Part shown: piece by piece, positions 45,336 through 54,533 of the stretch
Layout: every line of letters begins with the position of its first letter
Position numbering within the stretch: position 1 is the first letter of the stretch
NCBI GenBank assembly: GCA_964490125.1
Contig: CAZBAJ010000001.1
Coordinates: forward strand, 152,243-216,242
Length of the DNA: 64,000 bases
Source of the DNA: an uncultured Candidatus Saccharibacteria bacterium
GTDB taxonomy: Bacteria; Patescibacteriota; WWE3; UBA101185; UBA10185
Reading direction: 5' to 3'
Position numbers and translations under genes: made by a program
The notes under the pieces: generated by a model
Database searches by the model: none
Seen by the model: only the letters and a program-made list of their open reading frames with translations
What the model was told of the DNA's origin: nothing

Positions 45336-46199
45336 ATGGCAAATGGGGATGTTACGGAAAAGCACACACCAAGTCAGCAAGCTGGCGACCAAGATAGTTC
45401 CGCCAAGACATTACTTCTGTTTGTGGCAGGTATCTTGTTGGTGGGTTTTGTAGTTTTTATCGTTAGGGATAGCAATAGACAAAATAAATCGCAAGAAAAT
45501 CTTCTAGCAAGTCCACTTGAAGAAGTCCAAAAGTCCGATGAACTAAAAGAGGAGCCTTTAACAGAAGCAAGCACCGAACCTCTCTTGGAACCTTTAAGTG
45601 AGCCAAAAAGTGAGGCAACACCAAATTTAGAACGACAGGAGGCACAAAACATGAGCGACCAAAATTCAAAAGTAAAAATGACGGTGGAGCAAAAATTGGC
45701 AGTCCAGAAACCTACGGAAATGGTTGATTCAACCAAAAACTACACCGCAACATTTAAAACCAATATGGGCGACATTGTAATCGCTTTGGATGCTAAAAAT
45801 CGTCCCCAAACCGTCAACAATTTTGTGTACTTAGCCAACCTTGGTTTTTACGACGATGTAATTTTTCATCGCGTAATAGCTAACTTTATGATTCAGGGTG
45901 GGGATCCTTTAGGCATGGGAACGGGTGGTCCAGCCTACAAGTTTGCGGACGAGCTTTCTGCACCTAATTCTAACGCCAAAGGCACCATTTCTATGGCAAA
46001 TTCCGGCCCAAATACTAACGGCAGTCAGTTTTTTATAAATTTAGTCGACAACAATTATCTGGACGCTAAACATACGGTTTTTGGTAAGGTAACATCTGGT
46101 ATGGATGTGGTGGAGGCTATAGGTAAAGTCCAAACTGGTCAAAATGACAAGCCTCTTACCCCAGTCAAAATAGAGTCAATTGAGATAACTCAAGAATAA
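45336..46199 (+). CDS. Membrane-anchored cyclophilin-type peptidyl-prolyl isomerase
   Basis: FHRVIANFMIQGGDP, MANSGPNTNGSQFF, HTVFG. Confidence 0.95.
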   Translation: MANGDVTEKHTPSQQAGDQDSSAKTLLLFVAGILLVGFVVFIVRDSNRQNKSQENLLASPLEEVQKSDELKEEPLTEASTEPLLEPLSEPKSEATPNLERQEAQNMSDQNSKVKMTVEQKLAVQKPTEMVDSTKNYTATFKTNMGDIVIALDAKNRPQTVNNFVYLANLGFYDDVIFHRVIANFMIQGGDPLGMGTGGPAYKFADELSAPNSNAKGTISMANSGPNTNGSQFFINLVDNNYLDAKHTVFGKVTSGMDVVEAIGKVQTGQNDKPLTPVKIESIEITQE

Positions 46200-46217
46200 T
46201 GGTTTAATTTTGGTGTC

Positions 46218-47153
46218 ATGATAGACGCAGTATTTTTTGCTCTTGCTTTAGTTGGTTTATGGATCGGTGCGGGCATTTCCGTTGGCGCTGTAGAAAAAGT
46301 CTCAAAATATCTAAAAATCTCCTCATTTTTTACCTCGTTCATTATTCTTGGTGGTTTAACCTCCGTTAGCGAGATTTCTGTTGCGTATTTTTCTATTGTC
46401 GACAAAACACCTACTATTTCCGTAGGTAATCTTATTGGCGCTTCTATTGTTCTTACGCTTTTTGCAGTACCCCTGTTAGCAATTTTTAATAAAGGGATAA
46501 AAATAGACGATCGTACCGAGCCGGTCAATTTTAATATTGCTTATCTTGTTATATCGTTGCCGGCACTGTTGATACTAGATAAAACTCTTAGCTTTTTTGA
46601 TGTTGGGGTTATGTTATGCTCTTTTGTTTTTTTAGGCGTCACTATGTCTACAAAAAGTACAGTTCTTGCAAAGCTGGAAGACGCTTTAACTCACCCTAAG
46701 ATAGACGCCATTAAAGAAGGCTTAAAAATTATTATGGGTGTTGGTATGATTATTCTTGCCAGCAAGTATATTGTTGATACTGCAGTTATTTACTCTGGTA
46801 GACTTGTGGTACCGCCTTTTTTAATTGGTGTACTGATTTTATCTTTAGGTACAAATTTACCGGAACTTTCCGTCCTAGTTAGGTCGACATTGGAGAAAAA
46901 GAAAAACATTGCACTAGGCGACTATGTTGGGTCGTCGGTATTAAACACGCTTACTATTTGCGGGTTAACAGTTTTTAATGGCGCCCCTATAGTATTAAAT
47001 GCCGGTCTTAAATTAAATTTGCTGATTTTACCCTTAGGCTCAACACTGTTTTTGTATATGACGCGAGATGGGCGGTTGGAAAAACGCGAGGGTTTTGTGT
47101 TACTGGCGTTGTATGTGCTTTTTGTAGTCTTGGAATTACTCCCCGTACTTTAG
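46218..47153 (+). CDS. Na+/Ca2+ antiporter (CaCA) family protein
   Basis: Alpha repeats TSVSE...GNLIG and GTNLPE...GDYVGS. Confidence 0.88.
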   Translation: MIDAVFFALALVGLWIGAGISVGAVEKVSKYLKISSFFTSFIILGGLTSVSEISVAYFSIVDKTPTISVGNLIGASIVLTLFAVPLLAIFNKGIKIDDRTEPVNFNIAYLVISLPALLILDKTLSFFDVGVMLCSFVFLGVTMSTKSTVLAKLEDALTHPKIDAIKEGLKIIMGVGMIILASKYIVDTAVIYSGRLVVPPFLIGVLILSLGTNLPELSVLVRSTLEKKKNIALGDYVGSSVLNTLTICGLTVFNGAPIVLNAGLKLNLLILPLGSTLFLYMTRDGRLEKREGFVLLALYVLFVVLELLPVL

Positions 47154-48206
47154 TAAAAACTCTGGGTTAATGACTTTAAAACTTATCCGACCTAAATCTT
47201 CATCCGTAGCCTCTTGTACAGACCTTACAACTACACCTTCCACCTCGGTTTCGGGTGCAATTACAGATTTACGGGTAGCGTAGGCAACCATGTCGTCCAC
47301 AGTTGGCAAAAGTTTAAAATTGTCCACCAAAAGCGGAACTACCGGAACTTCCAAACCTTTTATTGTCGCCACAAAATCCGCGTAAGGTAAAAACTTGCCT
47401 GCCTCAAAGTCGTAAACATTAAAAAAATAACAAGTGTGACCGTTAATTTTTAGCCGATTATTTTGAATATAGTCGCCCACCACCTCGCCTTGCAGGGCAT
47501 AAGGTTTGCCAAGAGCGCGTAATTTTTCCTCCAGTTTAAGCTCACGGGCTACCTGCCAGTAAGTATTTTTGTCGCTTTCTACAAGATCCAAACCCCGCGA
47601 GCACACATGAAACTCGTCGTCCTTAATAAAGACCGTCATAGAAGTACCGTCCAGCTTTTCCGTGACATAAAAAACCTTATCTTTGTGGCGGTCTAAAACT
47701 TGCGGGACGGCTTGGAGACGGATTTCGTCTGTTTTAGGAATGTACGACGGAAAAAGTCCGCGAGCCGTGCCTGAAAGACACGCCGGAATTGCAGGTTCGT
47801 ACTTAACTACGCCTAAAAGTGCGGTAACATCCAAGCCCTCTTTAAAGTCGTACACGGGCGTCTCCCTAGCGTCATTAGGATATTTTTTATTTTGTAAAAT
47901 TGACATGGGAAGACACAAACCCTGCGACACCTGCCCGCGAAGCTTTATGGTGCGCAAGCGGTAACCCTCGTACTCTCTACCGCCAAAATACGACTTTTTA
48001 ACCCCGCCTTTAGCCAAAAACTCAAAATCGGCTGTTACGGGGAGTAGGGAATCGATCTCAAAGTACACGCACAGGTCACCGGGCGCAAACTCGCCTTTTT
48101 TAACCACCACATGCCAGCCTAAAACCGTGGCGACTTCTATGGAATCCGCGCCTTCAATAGGCTTAAGGTCGACGATTTTTTGGATTGATGCAAGTTTTCT
48201 TTCCAT
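47136..48206 (-). CDS. ATP-dependent RNA ligase (Rnl2/DRB0094-like)
   Basis: RKLAS N-domain, SQGL, EKLDGTS, QGE, EGVV, SFK. Confidence 0.9.
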   Translation of the reverse strand: MERKLASIQKIVDLKPIEGADSIEVATVLGWHVVVKKGEFAPGDLCVYFEIDSLLPVTADFEFLAKGGVKKSYFGGREYEGYRLRTIKLRGQVSQGLCLPMSILQNKKYPNDARETPVYDFKEGLDVTALLGVVKYEPAIPACLSGTARGLFPSYIPKTDEIRLQAVPQVLDRHKDKVFYVTEKLDGTSMTVFIKDDEFHVCSRGLDLVESDKNTYWQVARELKLEEKLRALGKPYALQGEVVGDYIQNNRLKINGHTCYFFNVYDFEAGKFLPYADFVATIKGLEVPVVPLLVDNFKLLPTVDDMVAYATRKSVIAPETEVEGVVVRSVQEATDEDLGRISFKVINPEFLLKYGE

Positions 48207-48261
48207 GGGAGGATTATAGCAAATTTGTTAGAGACCGGGATCTGCGTCCACTGATTATTAT

Positions 48262-48594
48262 TTACAGAGTTTTAAGAAGTCTAAATTTGACGATTTTTAC
48301 TAGTGTGTTTCCGTCTACCGGTTGATTGTAGTAACGGGAATAGTCGTCGTACATTTCTTGTTTAGAATTATATTTTTCATGACCCTCTAGGTCTTCCTCC
48401 GTCATGTTTTGTAAGGGTTTTTCTGTTACTTTTGTAAGCTCTGCCTCTGCGAAAGGAACAAGTTCTGGTCTTTTGATAAAAGTCACTAAATCCCCTGTGG
48501 TTAAATTTTTGTCGTCAAACAGCCTCCATGTGGTAGTTTTCTCGCCAGACAGGACTAATTCGACAAGATGGGGCATGAATTTAAGTGTTTTCAT
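48262..48594 (-). CDS. ASCH domain protein
   Basis: SGEKTTTWR motif. Confidence 0.85.
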   Translation of the reverse strand: MKTLKFMPHLVELVLSGEKTTTWRLFDDKNLTTGDLVTFIKRPELVPFAEAELTKVTEKPLQNMTEEDLEGHEKYNSKQEMYDDYSRYYNQPVDGNTLVKIVKFRLLKTL

Positions 48595-49334
48595 ATCGTT
48601 ACATGCTTAAGTCGCTCAAAATTCTTACCTGGCTCAAGTCTAGTTTCTGCTAAAAATTCTTCCTCAACTGTTTCTGCAGAAAAAGCGTTTTTATGTTGTA
48701 ATAGCGCCTGTTTCTTTTTGTCGATATACTTTGTAATGTCAAAATGCAGAACATCTGGATAAGAATAAGAATCGGAAAACATCAGCTCGCTTACTGTGTG
48801 CGGGGTTAAGCCCGACTTACTAAAATGCTCTGGAAAAAATCCTCTGTCTCTGGAGTAGGGGTAAGACGAATCAAGCACAATTGACGCGACAGCCCGATGA
48901 TCCCTGTGGTTTACCCAATGGATGTCGTCAGAAAAAGTATTAATTGGATCAAACGGATTTTGAGTTATGATGATTTCCGGTTTAAATTGACGAATATGAA
49001 AAACAACCTTGCCGATATTTTCTAAAGTATTTTCCAATTCGCCGTCGGGAATGCCTAAATTAAACATTTCGTCTTCTCTAAGACCCAGCTCTTTACCGGC
49101 GGAAAACTGCTCCGCAACACGTATTTTGGCAAATTCAGCCTCGGTAACATCCGTTCGCTCTTGAAAACCCTTTCCACCGTCAGTCATAACTACAAGTCGT
49201 ACCTGCTTACCTTCGTCAAGTAGTCTTGCCACAATTCCACCGCAAATAATTTCGTTGTCGTCTGGGTGCGCCATAACAACAAGAACTTTTTGCTTGTCGC
49301 CAAATATTTTGTTAAAAGAGTCCTGTATTTCCAT
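48591..49334 (-). CDS. PIG-L family deacetylase
   Basis: AHPDD, TDG, HRDH motifs. Confidence 0.9.
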   Translation of the reverse strand: MEIQDSFNKIFGDKQKVLVVMAHPDDNEIICGGIVARLLDEGKQVRLVVMTDGGKGFQERTDVTEAEFAKIRVAEQFSAGKELGLREDEMFNLGIPDGELENTLENIGKVVFHIRQFKPEIIITQNPFDPINTFSDDIHWVNHRDHRAVASIVLDSSYPYSRDRGFFPEHFSKSGLTPHTVSELMFSDSYSYPDVLHFDITKYIDKKKQALLQHKNAFSAETVEEEFLAETRLEPGKNFERLKHVTI

Positions 49335-49351
49335 ATTTCTTGGTTTTGGTG

Positions 49352-49900
49352 TCAATAATCCTTTATCTCGTTCCAATCGATTTCAAAATCTTCCCAAGGC
49401 GCTACCACGATGCCGTTAATTGTATCAGGATTTTGGCTGATTTTCTTTTCGCAAGTGCGTTTTCCGTAAAATATATGGTCGACATCTGGGAGATTTTCCA
49501 CCCCTTCTTCCAGCCACACTATAACCGCGTAAAATTTTGCGGTGGGAAAAAGCGGTTTTAAGTCGGTTATAGCCGATTTTAGAGTCGTGCCCGATGTTAA
49601 ACAGGAGTCGCAAATTAAAATATGCAAATCATCCGGTAACAGACGGGTTGTTTTTGGAATTTCTAATCGTTTTACTATTTTTCCTTGTTCGTACATGTAA
49701 TACACCGGCAAGGTTTCTTTAATCTCAAGTCGCGCTGCTATGTGATACGCCGGAAAAGCTCCGCTTCTAAGTAGCGGAACAACTAGGTTAAATTTTATGT
49801 TGTGGCCGACTTGGTAATCGTCTATTTGCTGGGTTAATAAATCCATAGTTTTGCCAAACTCGGCATAAGTTATTTGTACTAAATCATCTTTTTTGTACAT
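49352..49900 (-). CDS. Type I phosphoribosyltransferase-like protein
   Basis: LRSG, ILICDSCLTSGTT PRPP-loop, PWE. Confidence 0.8.
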   Translation of the reverse strand: MYKKDDLVQITYAEFGKTMDLLTQQIDDYQVGHNIKFNLVVPLLRSGAFPAYHIAARLEIKETLPVYYMYEQGKIVKRLEIPKTTRLLPDDLHILICDSCLTSGTTLKSAITDLKPLFPTAKFYAVIVWLEEGVENLPDVDHIFYGKRTCEKKISQNPDTINGIVVAPWEDFEIDWNEIKDY

Positions 49901-49962
49901 TCCCACGAGCAAATTTTAGATCGTGCGGCGGTTTTTAAAAAGTTATTTGGATTGCTGTATCG

Positions 49963-50066
49963 ACTTGAGGTCGCAATTTGCGACTTCAAGTTTGCTTAGA
50001 AACGAGAATGCGCAAGACCTTTTTTAAATACCAACAGGTTTTGAAATCACAATTTGTGATTTCAAA
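49963..50066. repeat. Two intergenic palindromes related to one inside the ORF6N gene
   Basis: ACTTGAGGTCGCAA-T-TTGCGACTTCAAGT (49963-49991) and TTTGAAATCACAA-T-TTGTGATTTCAAA (50040-50066). Confidence 0.9.
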
Positions 50067-50092
50067 GTGTTAGCCTGATTTTTAGCGTAAAT

Positions 50093-51016
50093 CTACCCAA
50101 GTCGCCCCAAAATATCCAACGAGTTTTTGTCAAACTTAGAAACCGCGAACCACTTTTTACCCAAATCCTTTATCGACGCACCAAAATGGTACACATCTTT
50201 GTCGTCTACAATTAAAAATCTATCGTGCGACTGGTCAAACTCCTTAAGTTGTATGCTCCCGTATTGCTGGCTAAATTTTTGAACATCCAGCGTCGCCAGC
50301 TTTGTAATATTTTTAGTATAAATAATAAGCTCAACTCCGTTTTTTCTTTTGGTAAAAAGATCCAGTACGCTTTCGTCGATAAAGTTGTCGATTAGAACAA
50401 GCTTTTTATTGGCGGAACGGATGATTTTAGACACCAGCTTGTGCGCATCAAAAATCTGATTGTTGTAGAAAATTTTTTGGTGGGGAATTGAGTCTTTTGG
50501 GGACAACGCCTTAAAAACCTGGTCAAATTTTTTGTCAGTTTCCAGTTTATGCTCAAGTTGTTTTTGTTCGACGTTGTCAAGGCGGGCAAAGAGTTGAGCG
50601 TTTGACGCAACCATTCTTCGCATTTCTACAAAAGCGTTAATTATTCTTATGCTCATGTAGACTGCTACATCACTTTTTAAAACAGCGGAGAGCATTGCAA
50701 CCCCCTGCTCGGTAAAAACAAAGGGAGGTCGGGTTTTTCCACCCCGCTTTTCCTTTACATCCTTGTATGATGTGGTCAGATTCTTTGATATCGCAAATTG
50801 CGATGTCAAAAACTGATACTCCGGAGTTGTTAGCCGAAAGGAAAATTCCTCTGGAAACCTGTTTCGATTTCTCTTGACCTGTTCGTTCAACCTGTAAGTA
50901 GGTATTGTGTACAGTTTGGCCAGATCTGAATCCAGCATTACCTGCACCCCACGAATAGTGTAGATCTTACTTCTAATACCGCTAGATTCTATTAACTGAA
51001 GACTGCTGTTTTCCAT
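50093..51016 (-). CDS. ORF6N DNA-binding domain protein with C-terminal PLD-like domain
   Basis: IRGVQVMLDSDLA, VKRN-x-x-RFP, FTEQGVAMLS; HDRFLIVD. Confidence 0.9.
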   Translation of the reverse strand: MENSSLQLIESSGIRSKIYTIRGVQVMLDSDLAKLYTIPTYRLNEQVKRNRNRFPEEFSFRLTTPEYQFLTSQFAISKNLTTSYKDVKEKRGGKTRPPFVFTEQGVAMLSAVLKSDVAVYMSIRIINAFVEMRRMVASNAQLFARLDNVEQKQLEHKLETDKKFDQVFKALSPKDSIPHQKIFYNNQIFDAHKLVSKIIRSANKKLVLIDNFIDESVLDLFTKRKNGVELIIYTKNITKLATLDVQKFSQQYGSIQLKEFDQSHDRFLIVDDKDVYHFGASIKDLGKKWFAVSKFDKNSLDILGRLG

Positions 51017-51065
51017 TAAATTTTAGGCAGGGAAATCATCGTTCGCTCGACTTTATTTGCTATAT

Positions 51066-51140
51066 TGGTGAGGGCGGAGGGAATCGGACCCTCGACGAAC
51101 GGCTTAAAAGGCCGTCACTCTACCACTGAGTTACGCCCCC
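51066..51140 (-). tRNA. tRNA-Lys(TTT)
   Basis: ACGGC-CTTTTAA-GCCGT anticodon arm, CCA; T-loop reads TCCGATT. Confidence 0.92.
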
Positions 51141-51208
51141 TCATAACCTGCCCATTATATTGAACCTGCCCTGTTATTTCAAGTCGTAAAACTATATACT
51201 TAAAATGT

Positions 51209-53677
51209 ATGACTGCCCAAACTGCCCAAGAAGACAAATCCGTAGGTAAAGATGAAGTAGGTTTAACCGCCGCGCAAGCCCAAGAAAACATTGCAAAATA
51301 CGGCGCCAACATTTTAGAGTCACAAAAACTTTCCGCGGTAAAAATTTTAGGTCGACAATTTAAGGGCAACTACCTAGTCTACATTTTAATAATATGTACG
51401 GTTGCATCCTTTGCTTTAGGTGAGCGAGTAAGCTCCTTATACATTTTTGCCATGATTTTTGTAAGCGCTGGACTTGGTTTTTGGAACGAGTATTCTGCCC
51501 AAAAAACTGTAGAGCGACTGTTAAAACGCATCACGCCAAAAGTTACGGTTAGACGGGACGGGGTTGACCAAGAAATATTGTTGACTCAAATCGCGGTGGG
51601 CGACGCGGTGCTGTTTTCCACCGGTAGTGTAATTCCAGCGGATTTACAAATTCTCCAGGCGGAAAATTTAGAAGTTAATGAAAGTGTGTTGACTGGAGAA
51701 AGTGAGCCGGTAGTTAAAAAGCCTGGCGACGCTATGTACATGGGCACAAATGTAGAAAGTGGACACGGTTTGGGTTTGGTGACACAAGTAGGTAAACGCA
51801 CAAAATACGGAGAAATTGCCAAAAGCATTAACTTTTTAAAACCGGAGACTTCCTTCCAAATAGGTTTACATAGTTTTGGAAATATGCTGGTAAAAATAAT
51901 ATTTATTTTGGCTGGCGCAATCTTTTTAGTTAACTCCGCTTTAGGTAAGGATTTTCTTTCTAGCCTAATGTTTGCTTTAGCAATTGCGGTTGGTCTAACA
52001 CCGGAGCTTTTGCCAGTGATAGTGACTTTAAGCTTGTCGCACGGGGCAGGAAAGCTTGGCAAAAAGTATGTAGTAGTTAAACAGTTGGTTGCCGTAGAAA
52101 ATTTGGGTAATATGGACATTTTATGTTGCGACAAGACCGGAACGCTTACAGAAGGCAAAATAGAAGTAACTGATTATTTTGATGGCCAAGGTCAAAAGAG
52201 TCTAAAAGTGTTAGAAAAAGCGTTTTTAAGCGTGCCTAAAGGCGTCCAACAAAGCGCTAGTTTGGATAAAGCTATAGTTCAAATGGCGCAAAAAGCGGGA
52301 ATTCCTAAAAGCCTGGGGGTTGTATCTTATTTGGACAGTGAAGCCTTTGACTACAACAAAAAAGCCTCGTTCAACGTGGTTAAGTTTGAGAGCGTGACGC
52401 ATTTTTTGGTTAAGGGTGTGTTTGAAGATGTGGCTAGAATGTGCGACTTAAGTTTAGGTCAAGTAAATCTAAAGGATTTGCAAAAAAAGGTGGACATGTT
52501 GGGGATGCGGGGATTTAGGGTTATTGTTCTAGCTGGCAAAACACTAACGGCAAAAACATCCGGCGAATACACTTGGGATGACGCAAAAAACTTGCAGCTA
52601 CATGGCTTTTTAGTTTTTTCTGACGCGCCCAAAAAAGACGCTAAAAAAGCTCTAGACCGACTTGAGAAGCTAAATGTCGATTTAAAAGTGCTAACCGGTG
52701 ATAACGAAATTGTTGCCCTTAAAGTTTGCGCGGAGGTTGGACTTGCGGTAAAAGGTGTAATTCTAGGCGAGCGATTAGCAAAATTAACTGAAGCGGAGCT
52801 TGCAACCGCGGTACTTAACAACAATATTTTTGCCCGAGTAACGCCGGAAAACAAATTGGCAATCATTAAAGCTCTAAGAAATGCGGGTCATACTGTGGGT
52901 TTTTTGGGCGACGGTATAAACGACGCGCCCGCCCTGCATACCGCGGATGTTGGTATAAGCGTGAACACCGCATCTGATGTAGCAAAAGACTCCGCGTCTG
53001 TAGTGTTAATGCGGGGCGGGCTTGATGTGATTGCGGAAGGTGTTGTAGAAGGCAGGCGGATTTTTAACAACACCATAAAATATATTCTAATGGGAACAAG
53101 CTCTAATTTTGGTAATATGTTTTCCGCAGCTTTTGCGTCGTTTGTCTTGCCGTTTTTGCCCATGACGCCGGTTCAAATATTGCTAAACAATACTTTATAC
53201 GACTTTTCCCAGCTTACTATTCCGTCCGATAATGTAGACAAGGAATCGTTGTTAAAGCCCAGACACTGGGATATAAGCTTTATTAAAAAATACATGCTCT
53301 TTTTTGGACCTATTAGCTCGCTGTTTGATTTTATTACCTTTTTCTTTTTAATTTTGGTATTTAAGGCAACATCTGGGCAATTTCAAACAGGCTGGTTTTT
53401 AGAGTCGCTCTTAACCCAGACATTAGTAATTTTTGTCATTAGAACGGCTAAAACTCCGTTTTGGAAGTCCGCACCCGGTAAATTGTTGATAATGTCCAGT
53501 GTTGTCGTGCTTGGAGGCGCCTTGGCGATTGTCATCCTTCCGTTAAGGGCGTCGTTTGGGTTTGAATCGCTCCATTTGGGTTATGGCGCCTTCCTGCTAG
53601 TCGTCCTGCTAAGTTACATGCTGCTGGTGGACGGATTAAAGCGCCAATTTATAAAAAAGTTTAAGATTTGGAATTAG
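51209..53677 (+). CDS. mgtA: Mg2+-translocating P-type ATPase
   Basis: TGES, AVGLTPELLP, DKTGTLT, GDGINDAPAL, TSSNFGN, FQTGWF. Confidence 0.93.
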   Translation: MTAQTAQEDKSVGKDEVGLTAAQAQENIAKYGANILESQKLSAVKILGRQFKGNYLVYILIICTVASFALGERVSSLYIFAMIFVSAGLGFWNEYSAQKTVERLLKRITPKVTVRRDGVDQEILLTQIAVGDAVLFSTGSVIPADLQILQAENLEVNESVLTGESEPVVKKPGDAMYMGTNVESGHGLGLVTQVGKRTKYGEIAKSINFLKPETSFQIGLHSFGNMLVKIIFILAGAIFLVNSALGKDFLSSLMFALAIAVGLTPELLPVIVTLSLSHGAGKLGKKYVVVKQLVAVENLGNMDILCCDKTGTLTEGKIEVTDYFDGQGQKSLKVLEKAFLSVPKGVQQSASLDKAIVQMAQKAGIPKSLGVVSYLDSEAFDYNKKASFNVVKFESVTHFLVKGVFEDVARMCDLSLGQVNLKDLQKKVDMLGMRGFRVIVLAGKTLTAKTSGEYTWDDAKNLQLHGFLVFSDAPKKDAKKALDRLEKLNVDLKVLTGDNEIVALKVCAEVGLAVKGVILGERLAKLTEAELATAVLNNNIFARVTPENKLAIIKALRNAGHTVGFLGDGINDAPALHTADVGISVNTASDVAKDSASVVLMRGGLDVIAEGVVEGRRIFNNTIKYILMGTSSNFGNMFSAAFASFVLPFLPMTPVQILLNNTLYDFSQLTIPSDNVDKESLLKPRHWDISFIKKYMLFFGPISSLFDFITFFFLILVFKATSGQFQTGWFLESLLTQTLVIFVIRTAKTPFWKSAPGKLLIMSSVVVLGGALAIVILPLRASFGFESLHLGYGAFLLVVLLSYMLLVDGLKRQFIKKFKIWN

Positions 53678-53720
53678 TGTGCTAAAATCCTCCCACAATT
53701 AAATTAGAAGAAAGGTTTAT

Positions 53721-54386
53721 ATGACATTACCAAAAATTAACTTGCCCCAAAATGTAAAAAAGAATCTGCCAACACTTGTGTTTGTGCTAGTCATCCCGCT
53801 AGGGATTTTAGTGGGCTACTTTTTCTCTAATATAAAGGGATGGGTTGCCGGTGGCTATAAAGGGATTTTTATGCCTGTAAATAAGATGCTGTATGTGGCT
53901 AAGGTTGACGGAGTAGGTATTTCCAAGGGTGAGTGGGAAAAAATGCTTAAATCGCGGTACGGCAAGTCCGCAGCTAGGGATTTAATTGATATTTACATGG
54001 TCAATAACCAGCTTAAAAAGGCGGGTATTAAAGTTTCCGAGGACGAAATTAACGCGGAGATTGCGGAAATTGAAAAGCAATTAGCAGGGCAGAGTTTGGA
54101 GGAAGTTTTAGGTCAACAAGGCATGACGCTTACGGACTTTAGAAAAAATGTTTCTATGCAGGTTGGTATGAAGAAGCTGTTAAGCGACAAAGTAGTAATT
54201 GCGGACGAGGATGTGACTAAGTACATTGCGGATTACGCCAGTACGCTTACAGGCAAAACCGACGATGAGAAGTTTGCGGAAGCTAAAAAGATTTTGACGG
54301 ATCAGAAGTTGGGCGAAGAAATAAATAAGTGGTACAGCGACTTGCAGACCAAAGTGGTGGTGGAGAATTACCTAGAAGCTAAGTAA
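53721..54386 (+). CDS. SurA/PrsA N-terminal-like chaperone, membrane anchored
   Basis: VAKVDG-x-x-I, LEEVLGQQGMTL; no PPIase domain. Confidence 0.75.
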   Translation: MTLPKINLPQNVKKNLPTLVFVLVIPLGILVGYFFSNIKGWVAGGYKGIFMPVNKMLYVAKVDGVGISKGEWEKMLKSRYGKSAARDLIDIYMVNNQLKKAGIKVSEDEINAEIAEIEKQLAGQSLEEVLGQQGMTLTDFRKNVSMQVGMKKLLSDKVVIADEDVTKYIADYASTLTGKTDDEKFAEAKKILTDQKLGEEINKWYSDLQTKVVVENYLEAK

Positions 54387-54427
54387 CCGGTAACTAATAA
54401 TTCTCATCTAATTGACGATTTAAAGAC

Positions 54428-54462
54428 AAAAAAAAGAAGCCCTAACGGGCTTCTTTTTTTTT
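54428..54462. terminator. Bidirectional intrinsic terminator
   Basis: A8-GAAGCCC-TAAC-GGGCTTC-T9 between convergent genes. Confidence 0.92.
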
Positions 54463-54533
54463 GAAGGCCTGACGGCATTCAGATTGATACCACTTTGGAT
54501 ATTTTAACCGATATATTTTGTAAAATCAACCAA

